Origin: the human T2T-CHM13v2.0 reference genome, Homo sapiens
Length of the DNA stretch: 64,000 nt
Strand: one strand, 5' to 3'
NCBI RefSeq assembly: GCF_009914755.1
Contig: NC_060929.1
The number at the start of each line of letters is the position of its first letter. The stretch's first letter is position 1. Positions 33,111 to 46,350 of the stretch are shown here, one piece after another. The position numbers were made by a program, and so were the translations under genes. The notes under the pieces are model-generated. The model had not been told where the DNA came from. It saw only the letters and a list, made by a program, of their open reading frames with translations, and did no database searches.

Positions 33111-33952
33111 GTGACTAATGCTCAGTCCTAGCAACCAATTATGCACACACAAATAGGCACTGCATAATTGTTTACTACACCACATTCCCTCCAGTCATCT
33201 GAATTTACATACTCTCAAAACTCACATGGCTTCCAGCAGTGCACATCCCCACATTCCCTTCCAAGGCAAGTTGGTGTTTGAAAATCACACTGCCATGATT
33301 TCACCCCATCACATTTCATCCTATGTGAGTTGGTTTTTCTACAGAAACGATGTGACAAGCAGTGATTATATCCTAAGGGTGACATCACAATCACCTATTT
33401 AAGCTATTATACTGTTGAAAATTGTTTATTGCAAAGGAAAGAAATAAGAAAACCCTATTTTTCTATATTACTATTTAAACAATCATAAAAACAATAATCC
33501 TAAGTAAGATGTTATTTTGGAAAGATTACATAATTTGAAAGAGGCTGGCCTTCGAAAGAATAGCAGGATTATTAGGAGAGCAGAAGGAGGCAATCGAAAC
33601 CTCTGTGGGGATGCTGATATACGCTATAGAAGTAAGATTCTGAAAAACTTCAGAGGATGCCAACTAGGTTCTTTGTTTAATCTAATTTCATTGCAAACCC
33701 CAGGGTAGTTAAATCTCTAAAATTATTCCTAGGTTCATTAGGCTTAATACAGCTTATTTCTTGGATCACAAAAGGGACCAAGAAAGGAGAGGAAATAACA
33801 TTTTTTGAATGAGGTAAATAGGCAAGAGTTAGAAGAAACTAAGAAGATAATTGAAATGCATGTCTCACCATGCGTGAGAAGGAAATTAGCTAGCATGGAA
33901 ATAGCTGAAGTTGAAGCAGTGAGTGTACATGCTCGTCATGAAGTTAGTGGAG

Positions 33953-34339
33953 CATATTAGTCCTTCTCACACTGCTATCAAGAACTACCTGAGACTGGAT
34001 AATTTATGAAGAAAAGAGGTTTAGTTGACTCACAGTTCCACAGGCTGTACAAGAGACATGGCTGGGGAGGCCTCGGGAAACTTACAATCATGGTGGAAGG
34101 TGAAGGAGAAGCAAGCACCTTCTTCACATGGCAAAGAAGGAGAGAGAGAGCAAGTAAATGAGGAAGTGCTACACACTTTCAAACAACAAGATCTCGTGAG
34201 AGCTCACTCACTATCATGAGAGCAGCAAGGGGGAAATCCACCTCCATGATCCAATAACCTCCCACCAGGTCCCTCCCCCAACACTGGGGACTACATTCAA
34301 CATGAGATTTGGGTGTTAACACAGAGCTAAACCATATCA
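33953..34339 (-). mobile_element. MSTA solo LTR
   Basis: ATTAGTCC...AAACCATATCA; flanks TGGAG/CAGAG. Confidence 0.9.
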
Positions 34340-34774
34340 CAGAGGAGACCATGTAAGGCCCTGGAGAACATGTGGGGCTGGGAAGGGCATAGGTGTAATG
34401 TGCTGGGACTGATGTTCCTGAAAGGACCATGCTGGCTGCTGTGTTTGTCAGGGATCAAGGTGGAATGTAAGCAATGAACTTGGTTGTAGCAGAATCCAGA
34501 ATATGAACTGGGTTATATTCTGTATAAATTTTAAAGGTAGAACCATCAACATTAGCTGATGGTTAGTGGTACCTTTGACCCAATGGATTGCTTAACTACA
34601 GAGGAGTAGAAGGGAAAGTAAGGAGGAAGCTCTCTGGCTGGGGTTCATGGAAAATGCTGAGGACTAGAGTTCTTTGCTCAGGGCTCTGTCTCCCTGTCTT
34701 GACATAACTGCAGCAGTGTGGGCAGAACGGAGTGGTTGGGCTCTGAACTAGACTTATCCACTCGTCTCTCTTGT

Positions 34775-34888
34775 CTTTCATTCACAAGTACTTAGTGAGG
34801 GCCTACTATGTACCAGGCACAATGCTGAATTCTGGGAAGAGAGACAGCTAGTGAACAGGTTCCTCACCCACGGAACTCACAATCTAAC
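34775..34888 (-). mobile_element. L2 3' end
   Basis: TTCATTCACAAGTACTTAGTGAGGGCCTACTATGTACCAGGCAC. Confidence 0.7.
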
Positions 34889-34889
34889 C

Positions 34890-35237
34890 AGAGTCATGCA
34901 CCCAAAATGACATTTTGGTCAATGACAGATCACTTATACAGTGGTGGCCCCATAAGATTACAATACTGTATTTGGACTGTACCTTTTCTATGTTTAGACA
35001 TGTTTATATACATGCAAATATTTATATTGTGTTACAGTTGCCTACGGTATTCAGTACAGTAACCTGCTGCACAGGTTTGCAGCCTGGGAGCAAGAGGCTA
35101 CCCTATATAGCCTGGGTGTGTAGTAGGCTATACCATCTAGGTTTGTGTAAGTGCACTCTATGATGTTCACACAATGTCAAAATAGCCTAAGGACAAATTT
35201 CTCAGGGCATATATCCATCATTAAGTGATGCACACCG
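34890..35237 (+). mobile_element. Tigger3a (MER7A)-like TcMar-Tigger
   Basis: AGTCATGCAC...CCCATAAGATTA...GGTGTGTAGTAGGCTATACCATCTAGGTTTGTGTAAGT...TTAAGTGATGCA. Confidence 0.85.
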
Positions 35238-35974
35238 TATACTGGATTGCTTTATGGATGCAAGTAGGATTTCCCCACGTGCCCTATACCTTTTTACTTC
35301 CATTCAATTCTTCTCATGTTATTTCCACCTATTAAAATGTTTTCCTTTCCCTGAGGCCTGTTTTCACCTGTCAAAGTCCTCTCCAGTTCAACTCCCAAGC
35401 TGTCTTCTTCATGAAGCCTCCTTCATTTTCTACCGTCCATTTTCAAAGCCCTTTATGGCTACCTTCCCTAGAATGCTCATTGCACTAGAAAGTGCCTTTT
35501 CTGTAACTGACTTTCCTCTCTTAAAAGAATCTTGCAACTTATCTTCACCTGGGCTGTAGCTCCTAGCACATAGTAGATAATCAGAAATGACAAAAGAAAG
35601 CATGAATGTATTTTCCCAAGAGACAGAATGCAAAGTTAGAAGTGTAGAAGGCCAAGAACTTAGGCAGTATGACAGAGGTGGGGAAAAAGATAATTCAGAG
35701 AAAAAGAGAAGGTAGTCACAGAAAGGTCAGATGCAGGAAGAAACCATATTAAGGAAGGGAGGGGCAACGAATTAGCAGAGAGGTCACTAAGGGGTCTCTC
35801 TGCAAGGATGGGGTCACTGGATATCTCAGATAGGGTTTTTCTATTAGGATGGTGGAACAGAGGCCAATTTGTAAGAGGGTAACAAATGGATGCAGTGATT
35901 GTGGCCAGGTCCAAATTAGCTGTCATTTTCTCTATATTACTACTTATCTGTAGAAGTTGTTAATTAGTCATCCA

Positions 35975-36420
35975 AAGCATCTTTGTTTCTCAGAGTAAAG
36001 TGCAGAAAACAGAAACAATTAGGTATTTCAAGCAGGAGGGGCTGTGGGGGCAGAAGTCAGGAAGCTGCTGATCAAGTGTAGGTTTCAAGGCCAAACCATG
36101 GGTAGCATCCAGAGAACAGGCTGCTGCTGCTTTCACAATTACCAGGGCTGCTGCCTCAACCACCTCATCCCTTGAAGCAGAAGCTGGAGGTCAGCTGTCG
36201 AAACACCCGCATCTGTTGGCGCTCACTCATCAGCTGCTATAGCCATGGAGAATGGCCTCTGCCTCCTGTCTGCCTCCCATATCTCTGGCAAGGGCAGCTC
36301 TCTGGCTAAACCAAGCTTTCCTGTAGAGCTTGAGTTCCAAGGCAGCGTTGGAAGGCTTTCAGCTTTCCAACCGTTCCAGATAGAAAGGGGATAAAATGGA
36401 GGTTGGGGGCGCTCCTCCAA
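35975..36420 (-). mobile_element. ERVL-class LTR relic (LTR41-like)
   Basis: CAGAAAACAGAAACAATTAGGTATTTCAAGCAGGAGG start; weak. Confidence 0.4.
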
Positions 36421-36906
36421 ATGTGTGCCATGGCCTCCCACATGGCTGGCAGGTGTGAGGGCCTCTGCCTTGTTACTGTCCCTCTGGGTGGAGGCTGGGT
36501 GGGCCGGGGCAGGTGCTGCGACACAAATGGACTTCACCAGGAAGCCTTTCCTGTCTCTCTCCTCCGACTGCAAAATGTTGTTCTCCAGCTCCCTCCTTTG
36601 CAATTTCATAGCTCTTTTCTTAATTATACTATGTATTACATCAGCCTGAGTTTTTTGTTAATTAGATATATGTTGTTGCTCTTCTCCCCCGATGACTCAT
36701 TTCTCAAAATGTATAGACTCAAAATAGAGTTTAGTCACAGAAAGTGTTCTATTATCATTATTGTTATTGTCTCCATTTATCTCTTTCCTAAATCCTAGCC
36801 ATTCTGTGAGTGCTTGATCTCTGCTTGCTACATTAAGTGGATCCTCAATGCTCCATCTTAATAGGTGGTAATTCCTCCTAAGGACCCCTCCCCCTACCAC
36901 CCCAAT

Positions 36907-37263
36907 TGTCTTAGTCCGTTCAGGCTGCTATCACAAAATACCATAGACGGGGTAGCTTATAAAAAACAGAGATTTATTTTTCACAGTTCTGGAGGCTGGA
37001 GGTCCACGATTAGGGTGCCAGCATGGTCAGGATATGGTGAGGACTCACTTCTAGATTGCAGACTGACATCTTCTCACTGCCTCCTCACATGGCAGAAAGA
37101 GGATGAGAGATTTCTTTGGGGGCTCTTTCATAAAGGCACTAATCCCATCCCTGAGGGCTCTGCCCTCATGACTTCATTAGCTCCCAAACCCCACCTCCTA
37201 ATAGCATCACACTGGGGGTTAGGATTTCAGCATATCAATTTTGGGGGGACACAGTCTGTTGCA
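36907..37263 (-). mobile_element. MLT1A0-like solo LTR
   Basis: TGTCTTAGTCCGTTCAGGCTGCTAT...TTGCA; perfect TSD CCAAT (36902-36906, 37264-37268). Confidence 0.9.
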
Positions 37264-37288
37264 CCAATACACACATACATAACACCCT

Positions 37289-37292
<4 letters not shown>

Positions 37293-37331
<39 letters not shown>
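37293..37331. repeat. (CA)n microsatellite
   Basis: About 19 perfect units. Confidence 0.95.
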
Positions 37332-37333
<2 letters not shown>

Positions 37334-39832
37334 TGACTTCCCTGGTATCATGCCTCCTACCCCCAGGTACATGGTTTTGGGAAAATAAAAGGGATCACCC
37401 CTTTACAAAAAAAGTGGGGACATCTGTTGTAATAAAATAATATGTTTAATTTTCCTTGGGTGGCCAGAGAGTTCTCAGTCCACACTGACTCCAAGGAGTG
37501 ACTAACTCTAAGTCAGCAGTGGGGGTTGGCTCACTGAGTAGGATTTGCACCCCCTGCTGCTGTTGCCTTACTCTGTGTTTTGGGGAATGCTGCTGAAGAT
37601 GAATGAGAGATTTATTGAGATCAACCTCCACTCCCTTGTACCATGCAAGACCTGGATTTGGTTGCCAGTATTTCCTAAATGAGTTTATGGCAGAGTTGCT
37701 GTAACACATTTTTATCAAACTGAATATTTTATACTGAAACCTATGTGAATACCATTAATATTATACTGTATCATACTCTGAAGGTTCAGTCTAATGACAC
37801 AAGCATCTTTTTTTTTAAACCTCATGAATGACGGACTAGGTCAGGCTTCCACATGGTGAGGAGGCAAAGAGAGACGCCACTTGGGAACAGGATTGGCTTT
37901 TCTATTGGGTAGTTCTCTGTGATAATGGGTTTTGGTGACAGGATTTTGCACAGCTGCCCTTACTAAGGAATCAGATGAGGTTTTGCTCACTTAAAGTGCC
38001 TCAAAGGTATTTTCTTAGTATAATAGGATACAATAATAATAACTGAACAGCTGAATTTGGAGGTAAAGTCAAGACAATATGATTATCATCTTTCTGTCTG
38101 AGGCATCTGATTTGCTGGCGTTTACGTTTATCGCCAGCTGGAGGTGGGCATCTACCGTTTTTGAGGGCTCTTGACATCTCCTCCTCCTTCAAATAAGAAT
38201 CAACAAATCTAGTCCGAAGGGGACACTATGGGTCAGGGCTGTGTTATGTACAGGGTTTTGCCCTTGGGAAGGAGATTGTCTCCCTGAGCAGGGAAGGAAG
38301 CCCCATAGCTTCACCGACAGCAGGCAGTAGTAAGGACCAGTTAGGTCCCTGGGATTCCCCAGCCAGGCAGCCCACTTTCTTTACTTTTTTTCTTTTCTTT
38401 GGCAAGACCCCTCTATTTGTCCTCTCAGTACAATGCAAATACCCGAGAGAGAGTCACATGGCCTCTCCAACTATTCTTGTTTCCGCCTGAGTTTGGAAGT
38501 TCCTCCAGGGCCTTTCTGTAGCAGGCATTCATCCCCTTGGCTGAAAAGGAGTTCCCTGGGAGCTGTGTGGGATCAGCGCCAGGGACACTAAGGAGTATAT
38601 AAGACGAACAGGGGGTCTTTTCTTTGAGAACACAGTCCCATGGCAACCCGCCGGGAGGTCCCTGCTCAGAGCCAGCCTGCCTGGCAGAACTCATTTACTT
38701 AGCATTGCCTTGAATTATTCATCAGCTCTTGCAGAGGAACAAAATGCAGAGTCATTTTGTCTCCTCCAGAACTGGCTGTCCTACTCTTTGACCTCAGGAA
38801 ATCTGAAAATTCACCGTGAGCATCCTGAACTCTCCAGCGCACTTTGGACAGGGACAGGAAAGGGTCTTATCATCTTCCCCTTCGATGTAAGGATGAGTCC
38901 TGCTGAGCGGGTGTCTCTGGCTACTGGGGCCTTTGGGCTGTGCCTTGTTCCTCTTCTCGCTGTTCATTAGGACAGGCTGTATCTCAGGCCTCCCACTGGA
39001 TGGCCCTAATATCTTGACAGGTACTGGAGGTTGGAACACATTCCCCTTCTTGACCCTGGGGCCATGCTTAGCCTCCCAGGCTTCCCTTCCTACGAGCTCC
39101 ACACTCCTAGGCCCGGGCAACCCTTCTTCACATAAGAACATACATGGGAAACACAGAAGGGACCTTCTCCCCATTGCCCCTGAACTTAAGCCTGCAACAA
39201 CCCCACCACCTTTACTTTCAGTCCAAGCCCTTGAATTCTACTTCTCCAAGGAAATGTGATCCACCAGGCAAAAGCTCTGATTTCCTCCCTCTGCCACTAA
39301 ACTTACCCACTGATACCCACTGTCTTCATACTTTTCTCTGTCTCCCTTTTTGACTGAAAGAAATATTTTCTCTTAAAACATTGCTGTCTCTAGCTATGCC
39401 CTGGAACATCTCCCTTTGCCTGAAAACCCTGCTCCTTCACTCATGCCCTGCTCGCTTCTGTTCAATCCTCTTCCAGAGAGGCAATGTGGCATGCTAATTA
39501 GGGCGCTGGTGGCCTGAGAGTGAGTGCTAGTGCTGCCACCTGCCAGATGTGTGACCTGGGGCAGTTGCAGAGTGCCTTCAGCAATGTAGTAGATATTAGT
39601 AACTTCTGGTGATCAGAGGTAGAGCAGTCCTTGACAACCTCTAACAAGCCTATGTTACCATGACAGCAAGTCTGAGGTCAAATTCAGATAAAAGTACAAA
39701 TATTTATTGGCAAGCAGGCACCAAACTACCACAAATCTGTTATTGCAAGCTTGGTTTCTGCTTGCTGTGTCCTCAAGCACTCTGACAAGCACCTTGCACA
39801 TAGATGGAACAATACTCTGACAGCAGGACCAG

Positions 39833-40198
39833 TGTATTAGTCTATTTTCACACTGCTGTAAAAAACTACCCGAGACTGGGTAACTTATAAATAAAAGAGG
39901 TTTAGTTGACTCACAGTTCCGAATGGCTGGGGATGCCTCAGGAAACACAATCATGGCGGAAGGCAAAGGGGAAGCAAGGCAATTAAGTCTTACATGGCGG
40001 CGAGAGAGAGAGAGAGAGAGTGAAAAGGAAAGTGCCTTGCTTTTAAACCTTCAGATCTCATGAGAACTGTATTATGAGAACAGCAAGGGGAAGGCCACCC
40101 CCATGATCTAATGACTTCCCACCAGGCTTCTCCTCTGACACGTGGGGATTACAATTGGAAATAAGATTTGGATGGAGACACAGAGCCAAACCATATCA
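39833..40198 (-). mobile_element. THE1D-like solo LTR
   Basis: TGTATTAGTC...AAACCATATCA; perfect TSD ACCAG (39828-39832, 40199-40203). Confidence 0.9.
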
Positions 40199-40343
40199 AC
40201 CAGCAGGCAAGACTGGGGAGAAGGGGCCTGGGGGACATAGCCACCTTTGGGGTATAGGTTTCTGATTAGTAGACTTCGAATGTTAACTACCTACCCCAAG
40301 GGCTAAGTTATATATACAAATGTCGCACTGAAGTTTACGTTGA

Positions 40344-40865
<522 letters not shown>

Positions 40866-41039
40866 TTTCTTTCTCTAACTCACTTATTCCCAGCAACCCA
40901 CAGAATTCTTCCTTAGACCTCACGTATCTTTACATCCTCTTTGCTGCCAAATTTCTTCAAAGCCTAAGCTTTACTCTATGCCTCTATTCAATCAATTCGA
41001 CACCAATTTTCCACTTGATTGTACATTTTTATCATAATA

Positions 41040-41165
41040 CCTTATTTAATTCACCAAACATTGCTAAGTTAACAAATATACTGGGCATCCTGTGCTAGGT
41101 GCTGAGAAGGACTTCAAGAGATGTATTTAGTGAATGTAACTCTTTAAGGAGCTTATGGTAGAGTT
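41040..41165 (-). mobile_element. L2 3' end
   Basis: ATTTAATTCACCAAACATT...CTGTGCTAGGTGCTG...AAGGAGCTTA. Confidence 0.5.
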
Positions 41166-42359
41166 AAAGAAAAGAATGCACAACTGAATTCCTTGAAGAC
41201 CGGGGCCTCAACTTAAAATGTGATTATAGGGAGTGGAGTGGAAGGGGTCAAAATGTAAATATAAAGTACAAGTAGGACTGTTTATTTCTCACATATGGAA
41301 AAGACTCACTACGCTTAGCACAACAGACACCACATGTTAACATTCCTAAGAGTTATGAAGTTCTAAAAATAGAGGGAATAGAAGAATACAGGCTTTCCTC
41401 AATTCAAGGGTGTTTTATGTTTGACATAAGATACTTTCACATATCTTAGGACCCAAAGAAAGGCAAAATCTAATTAAATGACCATTTTGAGCAGAAGTTG
41501 AAATTTTGCTTGAGCAGCAAAAGAATGAGTTATTGTCACCTGAACGTAAAGGCCATGGCTGAGGGGCACCACTTTTGAGTGTTCTCAAGATTGAGGCAGC
41601 AAGTAAGAATCTAATAAAGATCTAGGCCAATATCTTTGATTGCTGTGCAACTTCCAACAAGCGGAGAAAGCAATGCAAAAAAAAAAGTGATGCCCAGAAA
41701 TTGACAGGTTGACCCAGATTATTCCCCAGCTAAGTCTTATTTCAGAAAGAGGTAGAATTGGATATAGAAATGTTTAAGAATATCAACTCAACAGTATTAC
41801 TACTTTTGCGTTAGGAATCTGTGCACATTTGGTATTTTAGGCATGTGAGTTATAAATAGGTCAGTCTTGACATTTCAATTAAAATGTTAATTAACTAATT
41901 TAGAGTTTTAATTTTAAGTGAAAATATTACTAAGTTTTACCTAATATTGAAAAGTAAAAAAATAAAATAAATAAATAAAAATAAATAAAATAAAAAAGCA
42001 AAAAACTAAAAACTTAAGCTTAACCATACTTACAAGGTTGTGACTTATTAACTTTTAAGAGGTTATTTCAGTAATCAGGATAATCAGATAATTTTGTTAA
42101 ATCAGGCAATTGAATTCCTTAAAAAGGAAATAAAATATATTAAATTTGTACATGCAGCTTAAAATGTTTAAAGGCGTTTAACTTAATTTATAAGTGATAC
42201 AAAATATTAATTTAAGGACTTCAAATGTAATTTTAAAATTTGCTAGGCTTGCAGATCTTGTTCTATTTATAGGTAGAACTTAAAACCTCACAATTAGGAG
42301 CTTGAGTTTCACATGTGTAATTTGATAAATTGAATCTTTTTCTAAAAAAAAAAAAAAAA

Positions 42360-43056
<697 letters not shown>

Positions 43057-43975
43057 GATAAATTGAATATTAAATAAATGAAAACCATCAAAAGCCCTAT
43101 TCCCCTGAATGATTTCCCCCCCCAAAAAAACTGCCCTTAAAGCAGTTAAACAACTATTTTATTATCCCACTGTGGAATACCTAGGCTTTGCCATCCAAGT
43201 CTTTATATTACTTTGAGTATAAATCTCATTTCTCTGACAAGACCATAAACTCATTTGGGGCCATAAATGTGCCACCTATTTCTGTTGTATCCCCCAGAGG
43301 ACATATATACGGTAGATGCTTCTTTTGCAACTGCTGTATGGCTTTGGGCAGGTCACATTATCCCTCCAGCCTCTGGCATCTGAAATGGAGGGGATGGGAC
43401 ATGATGGTAGAGAGAAGGACCCGTGTCTATATTGTGGCTGCTGTATTTCTGGGGCCCACACCTGTCTGAGGCACATGGCAGGTACTGTACATACATCATT
43501 GTATGAATGGACAAATGCACTAGTTACTTCTAAGACTTCTTTTATGTGTACCCCAACTGTTATGTCCCTCAATGTCTAGAAAGACTGCAGGAGCAGTCCA
43601 TTAACAGAAAGAAGGGAATCTTACCCATGACAGATTAGATTACAATTGGAATCCAGGAGATGAGGCAAATTTTTCCTTAACTGTTCCCATGTGGTCACCT
43701 TGCAGCCCAAAGTGATTCTCCTGCTGGCTTCCATCAGATCTGCTCCTGTCCCAGAGGGTCCTGCTCCTGCCTTTGTTCAGGGAAACCTAACATTCTTCAG
43801 AGTGGAGCACGGTAGGCATGAACATTAATGGCATCCCATTAATTAAAGTTGAAGCAAACCTGGGCAGTGTGGTGTGGTACAGAGTTTTCTTCCTGACTCT
43901 GCCTCAAATTCTGTTCTATTTTGAGCAATTTCTATCCTCTTTTTGGAAGCTTACTCTGGAACATAAGATCTGTGG

Positions 43976-44301
43976 CAGCAGTTCTTAAACTTTTTGTTCT
44001 CCGGACTCTTTTATACATTTAAAAATTACTGAAAACAACCAAAGAGATTTTGTGATATCTACTGAGTTATGTCTATTGATATTTACTGTAGTACACATTA
44101 GAACTGAGACATCTTTAAAACGGAAGAACACACAAGCACAGCTTCTGTTTGTCATCAGAGAGAAGATGTCACCATATATCATGGAGCCTCTGAAAATCCC
44201 ATGATCCACTTGAGGGAGAGTGGTCATGAAAAAACATCTTAGCCTCATGGTGGAAATAGCTTCCAGCTTGCTGACTTCAGACTCCACCTTGAGGACCCCT
44301 G
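43976..44301 (+). mobile_element. Charlie4a/MER80-like hAT
   Basis: CAGCAGTTCTTAAACTTTTTG...GAGGACCCCTG; flanks ATCTGTGG/ATCTAAAG resemble an 8-bp Charlie TSD. Confidence 0.7.
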
Positions 44302-45449
44302 ATCTAAAGGGCTGTGGTGCAGTGATACCTGCCCATCACGAAGGCTTAGGTTTCATTAAGAAAAAGGAAGACTGAAGAGCTTATTGTTTTAACTCCAAGA
44401 TGCAGAAGCCACCTCACACTCTCACATATTTCCTTTGGCCTTCAGAGCCATGGGGACCACAGGGCTGTGGCTGCCTAAGAACTCCCTTCATTTCCATGTG
44501 TCCTATTTGTTGTTGCCAACAGGGTGTGTCAGTGGGTCTGACTATCTCCCCCAACTGCCTCATTCCTGCCAATCCAGACCCCAAGTCAACACTCAGGGAC
44601 ACAGCCTGACTTTATGAGAACTGGGCACACCATGGAAATAACTTCTGGAGCAGCTGGAAAACTGACATAGGATGGGACTGGCTTTTTTCTTAAACCCAGA
44701 AACCCCAGTGCACCTTCTGCCAAGTCAGCATTTGCTGGCAAAAATCCTTTGCGAGCGGCCAGACTCTGGTGAGCCATGGGAGACGAGATGGCAATGGATG
44801 GAGCAGGCAGCACTGGCAGAGGGTTGATGAGGGCAAGGAGAGGGCTGGGCAGGCACCACCAACAGGGATAGTTAAAGGCCCATCTGTGCCTGGGAGGCTG
44901 AGGCATGGAGAAACCTGAATTTGGTGCTCAGAGTCTCCTAGGGCTCTAGACAGTGAAGGACAAGAAGGTCATCCATGTGTCTTATCCATTCCATCATGCA
45001 GTTTTATAACACTACATGTTTTCATCTGTCTGGCAGCTTTGCCAAGATTTTAGCATTCCAGGACATCTGATTAGCTGCTCCCCTGCCATATCCCACTCCA
45101 CCAGCTCTTTCTCCTGTAGGGTATTGACACTCCAGGATGAACTGCACAGTACTATACAGAGTCAAGGACATACCACTGTAGTCCATTGGGATGCCAGTTT
45201 GAGCAAATACTATGCAGAATGAAGTGTCTGTACTGGAGGTTCACCTGCTTCATATTCTCTTAGAAAGCCAGACAAGATCCCCTCACTACAAGGCAGAGGC
45301 ACCCCAGAGAGGCTAGGGGACACAGGTAAGGGCCCTGCCCCTGGGCAAAATTCCAGAGTCGGCAGTCCCTCCTCTCCCACCCTGTTCCCTTTCCACATTC
45401 ATCTCCTTCTTCCTAGGGCAGAGCTGGACAGGATGCTTTGTTCTGGGAC

Positions 45450-46350
45450 CTCCTAACATTTTTGGAAAAATTATGTATCCCCATCACACATTTTTAAATT
45501 ATCGTATAAAATTTTTATTGCAGGTTTAAATAATTAAAGAGGATATAATTTCTGGCACATTGACTTTTAAAACTGTTAAATCATTCAATTAAATGTATTA
45601 AATACCCACCTCCTTGTATTCAAAAAGCACATGAATAAGCTCTTTTGTAACAGTCAGAAATTTTCCATTATTTATTTTTTTCTCCTTGAACTCATATTTC
45701 TATCTTATGTTACTCACAGAATTTTATTAGTATAAGATCCTTTTAAACTTGATAATCTTTTATTGAGCACCACATCATAATTCTTGGCAGCAAAATAAGT
45801 TCATAAGTTAAAATTTAACATATTTAATTTTTTCTAGATTGAATATTTATTATTATTAATACAAAATTAGTTGAAATTTTCTGTCACCAGAAGACTATGC
45901 TTGTTAATAAATATTCTGCATTGATTTATCATTACAATTTATATTAGCACATACTTGGGTAAAATAAAGCCATTATAATATAACATTTTTAAATAACCAT
46001 TAAACATACAAAGGAAATTAGTCTTTAAATAAAAAGATAAATTGGTGTATCATGAATGAATGTTGCTTATTGCTAGAATAAGATGATATTTTGTGGAAAT
46101 TATTAGCAAAAAAAGAGGAGCCATCGTGCCACTAAATCTACAGAAAAGTTGAAGCAAACAGGAGACTTGTATCCAAATTTAAAAATAAACATGAATTTAC
46201 AGTACACAATCTTTTGGCAAAAGTTGAAAGAAATGGTTCACCCGTGAGTTTGAGTAAATGTTTAAGAAAATATGTCCATCTAGCTTGCTTTAATTTGAAA
46301 CTATAATGTTAATCTTTCACCTCCTCCTACTTAAAATCAATGCAAAATAT
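45450..46350. other. Very AT-rich block, probable decayed DNA-transposon internal sequence
   Basis: Abrupt composition shift; family not recognised with certainty. Confidence 0.35.

Noticed and set aside
33948-34344. Mismatched MSTA TSD TGGAG/CAGAG
   Set aside because: Explained by CpG deamination of ancestral CGGAG on opposite strands
36348-36372. 11-bp hairpin GTTGGAAGGCT-TTC-AGCTTTCCAAC
   Set aside because: Too short for a pre-miRNA and lies within a probable LTR relic
36865-37440. 191-aa ORF
   Set aside because: Read-through of an antisense MLT1A0 LTR and (CA)n
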